Part shown: in pieces, positions 14,567-17,673 of the stretch
How positions within the stretch are numbered: the first letter of the stretch is position 1
How the letters are laid out: every line of letters starts with the position of its first letter
From: Armatimonadota bacterium
GTDB lineage: Bacteria; Armatimonadota; DTGP01; JAHWJO01
Length of the DNA stretch: 17,673 bases
Direction: 5' to 3'
Assembly: GCA_019348365.1 (NCBI GenBank)
Contig: JAHWJO010000024.1
Location: 1-17,673 of the forward strand
The notes under the pieces: generated by a model
Databases searched by the model: none
What the model saw: only the letters and a program-made list of their open reading frames with translations
What the model was told of the DNA's origin: nothing
Position numbers and translations under genes: made by a program

Positions 14567-15353
14567 GCATGAAGCGGGGCAATCGGGCCGGGGAAGACTT
14601 CTTCCGCCGCGCCACCCCGCAAGGATCGCACCATGACCCCCCGACCGCCGGCGGATTTCCCTCCGTCGAGCGTAATAACGAATCGATACCCCCACGGCTC
14701 TTTCGCTCTATTCCCAGGGGTACGCCTCGATTCTCCCTCGCCCGTTTCTGAAGCCCTGCCGCTGCGGAGTTGTTCACGGGTATCATTGACTCCCCGTTGG
14801 AGTCGGAGGAGCGCCACACCCCGCCCCGCTCCCCTCTCCGTCCCGAATCCTGCGGGTCGGCGGCCGTACCCGCTGGACTTCCTGCGAGCCTTCTCCGGCA
14901 AGCCGCCGCCCATGACGTTCAACCCTCTCGCCATTCCACCGAGGAAATGGTATAAAGGGGATAATGGAAGGAAGGCTCCCTTTGGACCATCAAGGTAAAC
15001 CCCGCATCATCCTCCGAAAGGGGAAAATCCCGGACCCTCCTCCCCCGGAGGAAGCCGATGAAGACTCCTCCGGGCCGGGGAAAATCGATACCCCGGTCAT
15101 CGTAAGGAAAACCCTGTGGCCTCCCCCTCCATCCGAGGCCGCGATGGCGGGGAATCCCGCTTCATCCCGGTTGGACTCCGATCCCTCCGGCGAAGGAGCT
15201 TCCGGCGATCCCCCTCCGAAGACGGATCTTGCAACGACTTTTCGCTCGACCCCCGGTCGGCAGCAGCCGACCCCGCCCCCGTCTGGGGGAAGACGGGAAC
15301 GGCCTTCACCGAACGTTTCTCGGACTCCGGTCCGAAAGGAAGGAACTAATTCG

Positions 15354-17315
15354 ATGGGACTGATTCTGGTCCTGCTCGGTTTCGCGCTGATGTTCGCGCC
15401 GCTTTTCGCTCCCCAGGTTTCCGGGGTTTCCGCCATCCTCGTGAGCGTGTTCGGGATCCTCGTGGCCCTGATGGGCGCGCTGCTCACCCTCATCACGCGG
15501 GTCTACCAGAAGACGAGCGCCGATCAGGCCTTCGTCCGCACCGGCATGGGCGGCTCGAAAGTCGTCATGGACGGCGGCACGCTCGTCCTACCCGTCGTCC
15601 ACCGGCGGGTGGATGTCAATCTCCGCACGATGAAGCTCGCGGTCAACCCGTCGGGGCGCAGCGCCCTCATCACCCGCGACAACCTGCGCTCGAACGTCCT
15701 CGCCCAGTTCTATATCCGGGTGCAGGCGGATCACAGCCACATCCTCAACGCGGCCCGCTCCCTCGGCGAGAACAGCGTCAATGAAAAGACCGTCGAGGAA
15801 TTGGTGAACGAGAAACTGATCTCCGCCCTCCGCGCCATCGCCTCCCAGATGGACCTGTTCGAGATCCACACCAAGCGCGACGAGTTCGCCGAAAAGGTCA
15901 AGGACCATGTGAAGTCCGACCTCGAAGCGAACGGCCTCCTCCTCGAATCCGTCACCATCTCGGAGCTCGACCAGACGGACCCTGCGGAGTTGTCCGACGA
16001 TAACGTGTTCGACGCTCAGGGCAAGCGCAAGATCACCGAGATCACCACGGCGGCCATCGTCGAGCGGAACCGGCTGGACCGGGACGCCGAGCGCCAGCGC
16101 CGCGAGAAGGACGTGCAGACCCGCCAGCAGGTCCTGGAGCTGGAGCGGCTTCAGGCGGAAGCCGAAGCCCAGCAGGCCACCGAAATCGCCAAGGTCCGCG
16201 CGGACAAGGAGCGCGAGGCCCAGGAAGCCCAGATCGCCCAGACGCAGGCCGTCGAGACCGCCAGGGTCCTCCAGGAGCGCGCGGTTCGGGCCGCCGCCAT
16301 CGAGCGGGACCAAGCCCTTCAGACCGCCTCGGTCGAGCGGGAGAAGGCGGTGGAGCTGGCCAACCGGCAGAAAGAGATCGCCGTCGCCGAGCAGGAAGCC
16401 CAGCGGGCGCTCGCCGAGCAGGCGGCGCTTCAGGCCAAAGCCGAACGGGAGCGCGCGGCGCAGGAGGTCGTGACCGTCGAGCAGATCGCCCAGGCCGACC
16501 GCGAGGCGCAGAAGCAGGTCATCGGGGCGAAAGCCTCCATCGAGCAGGACAAGATCCGCCGCCAGACCGAGGCGGAGGTCACCGCTTACGCGCAGGTCCA
16601 GCAGGCCGAAGCCGAGCGGGAAGCCGCGTCGAAACAGGCCGAAGCGAAGCTCCAGATCGCCCAGGCGGAGGCCCAGAGCCGGGAGCTGGTGGCGCGGGGC
16701 GAAGCCGCCCAGCAGCGGGTCCCGGTGCAGATCGCCCGCGAGCAGGTGGCGGTGCAGGAGGCCCAGGTCGAGGTCGAACGGAAGGCGCTGGAGAACAAGC
16801 AGACTTACTCCGCCGCCGCCATCGAGTTCGAGGTGCAGAAGCTCCGGATCACGGCGGAGAAAGAGGTGATGATGGAGGCCGCCCGCGCCATGGGCGAAGC
16901 CCTCTCCAAGGCCGACTTCCGTCTTTTCGGCGATCCGCAGTCCGCCGCGCAGATGGTGGAAAACCTCGCCCGAGGCATGGGGTTCCGCTCGATGATCAAC
17001 GGCTTCCTCGGAGATACCGCCTCCACGAACGGCAACGGCCACAGCCCCAACGGGTCCGGCGGGGACAGCCTGACCGCCCTGGTGGACGGCCTGAAGGACG
17101 TGGTGAAGCCGATCCTCCAGCGCGAGACCGGCAAGGAGGTGGACCCCGCGACCGTGGAGGCCGTGGTGCAGGCGGTCCTCGCCGCGCAGGCCGCGACGCC
17201 GGGGGCGGCAAAAACCGAAGTGAAGGCCGCCGCGCCCGTGACGCATGGAGACGGCGATTCCCCGGCCCCGAAAGGGAACCCGGCCCTCACCGAGCCCAAA
17301 ATCACCGGCAAGTAA
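15354..17315 (+). CDS. Flotillin-like SPFH/band-7 membrane protein of the YqiK/FloT type (653 aa). It has an N-terminal hairpin TM, an SPFH domain, a long Ala/Glu/Gln-rich coiled-coil flotillin region and a Gly/Ala/Pro-rich C-terminal tail.
   Basis: The start MGLILVLLGFALMFAPLFAP at 15354 has AAGGAAGGA 9 nt upstream. The SPFH region runs ...SADQAFVRTGMGGSKVVMDGGTLVLPVVHRRVDVNLRTMKLAV...TRDNLRSNVLAQFYIRV.... This is followed by ~260 aa of EA-rich heptad-like repeats (ERLQAEAEAQQATEIAKVRADKEREAQEAQIAQ...). The supplied ORF begins at 14964, but the extra 130 codons have only ~62% G/C at third positions, against roughly 85% or more in the gene body. The antisense ORF 15588-17246 (552 aa) is a shadow of the EA-repeat region. 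Confidence 0.9.
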   Translation: MGLILVLLGFALMFAPLFAPQVSGVSAILVSVFGILVALMGALLTLITRVYQKTSADQAFVRTGMGGSKVVMDGGTLVLPVVHRRVDVNLRTMKLAVNPSGRSALITRDNLRSNVLAQFYIRVQADHSHILNAARSLGENSVNEKTVEELVNEKLISALRAIASQMDLFEIHTKRDEFAEKVKDHVKSDLEANGLLLESVTISELDQTDPAELSDDNVFDAQGKRKITEITTAAIVERNRLDRDAERQRREKDVQTRQQVLELERLQAEAEAQQATEIAKVRADKEREAQEAQIAQTQAVETARVLQERAVRAAAIERDQALQTASVEREKAVELANRQKEIAVAEQEAQRALAEQAALQAKAERERAAQEVVTVEQIAQADREAQKQVIGAKASIEQDKIRRQTEAEVTAYAQVQQAEAEREAASKQAEAKLQIAQAEAQSRELVARGEAAQQRVPVQIAREQVAVQEAQVEVERKALENKQTYSAAAIEFEVQKLRITAEKEVMMEAARAMGEALSKADFRLFGDPQSAAQMVENLARGMGFRSMINGFLGDTASTNGNGHSPNGSGGDSLTALVDGLKDVVKPILQRETGKEVDPATVEAVVQAVLAAQAATPGAAKTEVKAAAPVTHGDGDSPAPKGNPALTEPKITGK

Positions 17316-17376
17316 ATCGGGACTCTATCAGAAGCGGACTCCCGCCGGATAGTGAGTAAAAGAAGGCGAATAAAAG

Positions 17377-17418
17377 AAGGGAGGAAGGATCTCTGAGGAT
17401 CCCTCCTCCCTTTCTCTT
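17377..17418 (+). terminator. Rho-independent terminator of the flotillin operon.
   Basis: AAGGGAGGAAGGATC-tctga-GGATCCCTCCTCCCTT forms a 15-bp stem with one mismatch. It is followed by TCTCTT and lies 60 nt after the stop at 17313-17315. Confidence 0.6.
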
Positions 17419-17600
17419 GCCCTCGTCATCAGGCCTGGGGGACTTCTGAAGGGGGCGGGACACACGCAGCACGGCTTCGAGGCGCTCTTCTTCTGAATGA
17501 GGAATTTGGAAATTGGGGAGTCGGGGAGTTGGGGAATTAGGAACCCTTCTCTATGAGGAAAGCAGGAGGTCAAATTTCATCACTCCGCATTTATCCTTCA

Positions 17601-17673
17601 TTCCACATCGAATAAGAGGGTGGGATCGATGGGGTAGGCCCCCATCCGCGAGCCGTACAGGGTGATTCCGCCC
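17601..17673 (-). CDS. 3' end of an unidentified minus-strand gene entering from the right edge (...GGITLYGSRMGAYPIDPTLLFDVE, stop TGA at 17598-17600).
   Basis: Hand translation of the reverse complement of 17598-17673 gives an open frame with G/C-biased third positions ending in TGA. Only 24 codons are visible, so this is weak. The product is unknown. Confidence 0.3.

Noticed and set aside
13688-14751. ORF 13723-14751 (+), ORF 13733-14491 (-) and the 5' extension 13688-13768 of the nfeD-like ORF
   Set aside because: The 13769 start has an SD and begins a TM helix. The overlapping frames are Arg-rich shadows with no domains. The 27-codon extension has no RBS.
14964-15353. 130-codon N-terminal extension of the flotillin ORF as a coding sequence
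   Set aside because: Its third-position G/C is ~62%, against roughly 85% or more in the gene body. It is Pro-rich and low-complexity, and the internal ATG at 15354 has an excellent SD followed by the expected N-terminal TM helix. It is kept as a finding because the in-frame openness is still odd.
15588-17246. 552-aa minus-strand ORF antisense to the flotillin gene, and the 168-aa ORF at 16805-17311
   Set aside because: These arise because the GCC/GAG/CAG-rich coiled-coil repeats have no stop codons in antisense. The plus-strand frame has SPFH and flotillin features and a proper SD and TM start.
1-17673. CRISPR arrays, transposase/integrase genes, toxin-antitoxin pairs, restriction-modification or other defence-island hallmarks
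   Set aside because: I scanned both strands for regularly spaced 25-40-bp direct repeats, for DDE/tyrosine-recombinase-like ORFs and for small paired ORFs. None were found. Composition is uniform across the window.

Overview
This is a GC-rich bacterial chromosomal segment, roughly 60-65% G+C by eye, with strongly G/C-biased third codon positions. I can support nine complete protein genes, one tRNA and two gene fragments at the window edges.

Layout: a head-to-tail run on the minus strand (2-13415), then a divergent promoter region (13416-13768), then a two-gene plus-strand operon.

Minus strand, left to right:
- A 5' gene fragment at 2-154.
- A giant secreted surface protein with Ig-like and cadherin-like repeats and a C-terminal dockerin (316-3699).
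- An ABC1/UbiB-family kinase (4395-~6110).
- A small DUF4177-like protein (6269-6487).
- A secreted subtilisin-like S8 protease with a C-terminal dockerin (6585-8024).
- A Tat-signal Gfo/Idh/MocA oxidoreductase (8370-9668).
- A class-V PLP aminotransferase (10048-11274).
- Histidyl-tRNA synthetase (11576-12883).
- tRNA-Gly(GCC) (13344-13415).

Plus strand: an NfeD/YqiJ-like membrane protein (13769-14536) and a flotillin/YqiK/FloT-like SPFH protein (15354-17315). A clean intrinsic terminator follows (17377-17418). The 3' end of another minus-strand gene sits at 17598-17673.

Several supplied ORFs are longer than the true genes because they read through upstream in-frame sequence; I give revised starts based on signal peptides, Shine-Dalgarno spacing and codon usage. 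Many long ORFs in the track are antisense or alternate-frame shadows of real genes, typical of GC-rich DNA, and I rejected them.

I see no CRISPR array, transposase or integrase, and no toxin-antitoxin-like pair. There is no compositional break suggesting an island. I do not find a convincing novel defence-type system; the region looks like core chromosome.

The items most worth a second look:
- Two unlinked secreted proteins, an adhesin-like giant and a protease, both end in type-I dockerin modules. That implies a non-cellulosomal cohesin-dockerin surface-docking system.
- The NfeD-like/flotillin pair is separated by an unusually long 817-bp spacer. The spacer is in frame with the flotillin gene but has noncoding-like codon usage.
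- A family of GC-rich palindromic intergenic elements recurs in at least five intergenic regions. It includes a perfect 30-bp inverted-repeat pair with nested hairpins (11357-11512), a mirrored palindrome pair (9716-9889), and the recurring 9-mer GGAGTCGCC/GGCGACTCC.
- A triple direct repeat lies upstream of the protease gene.
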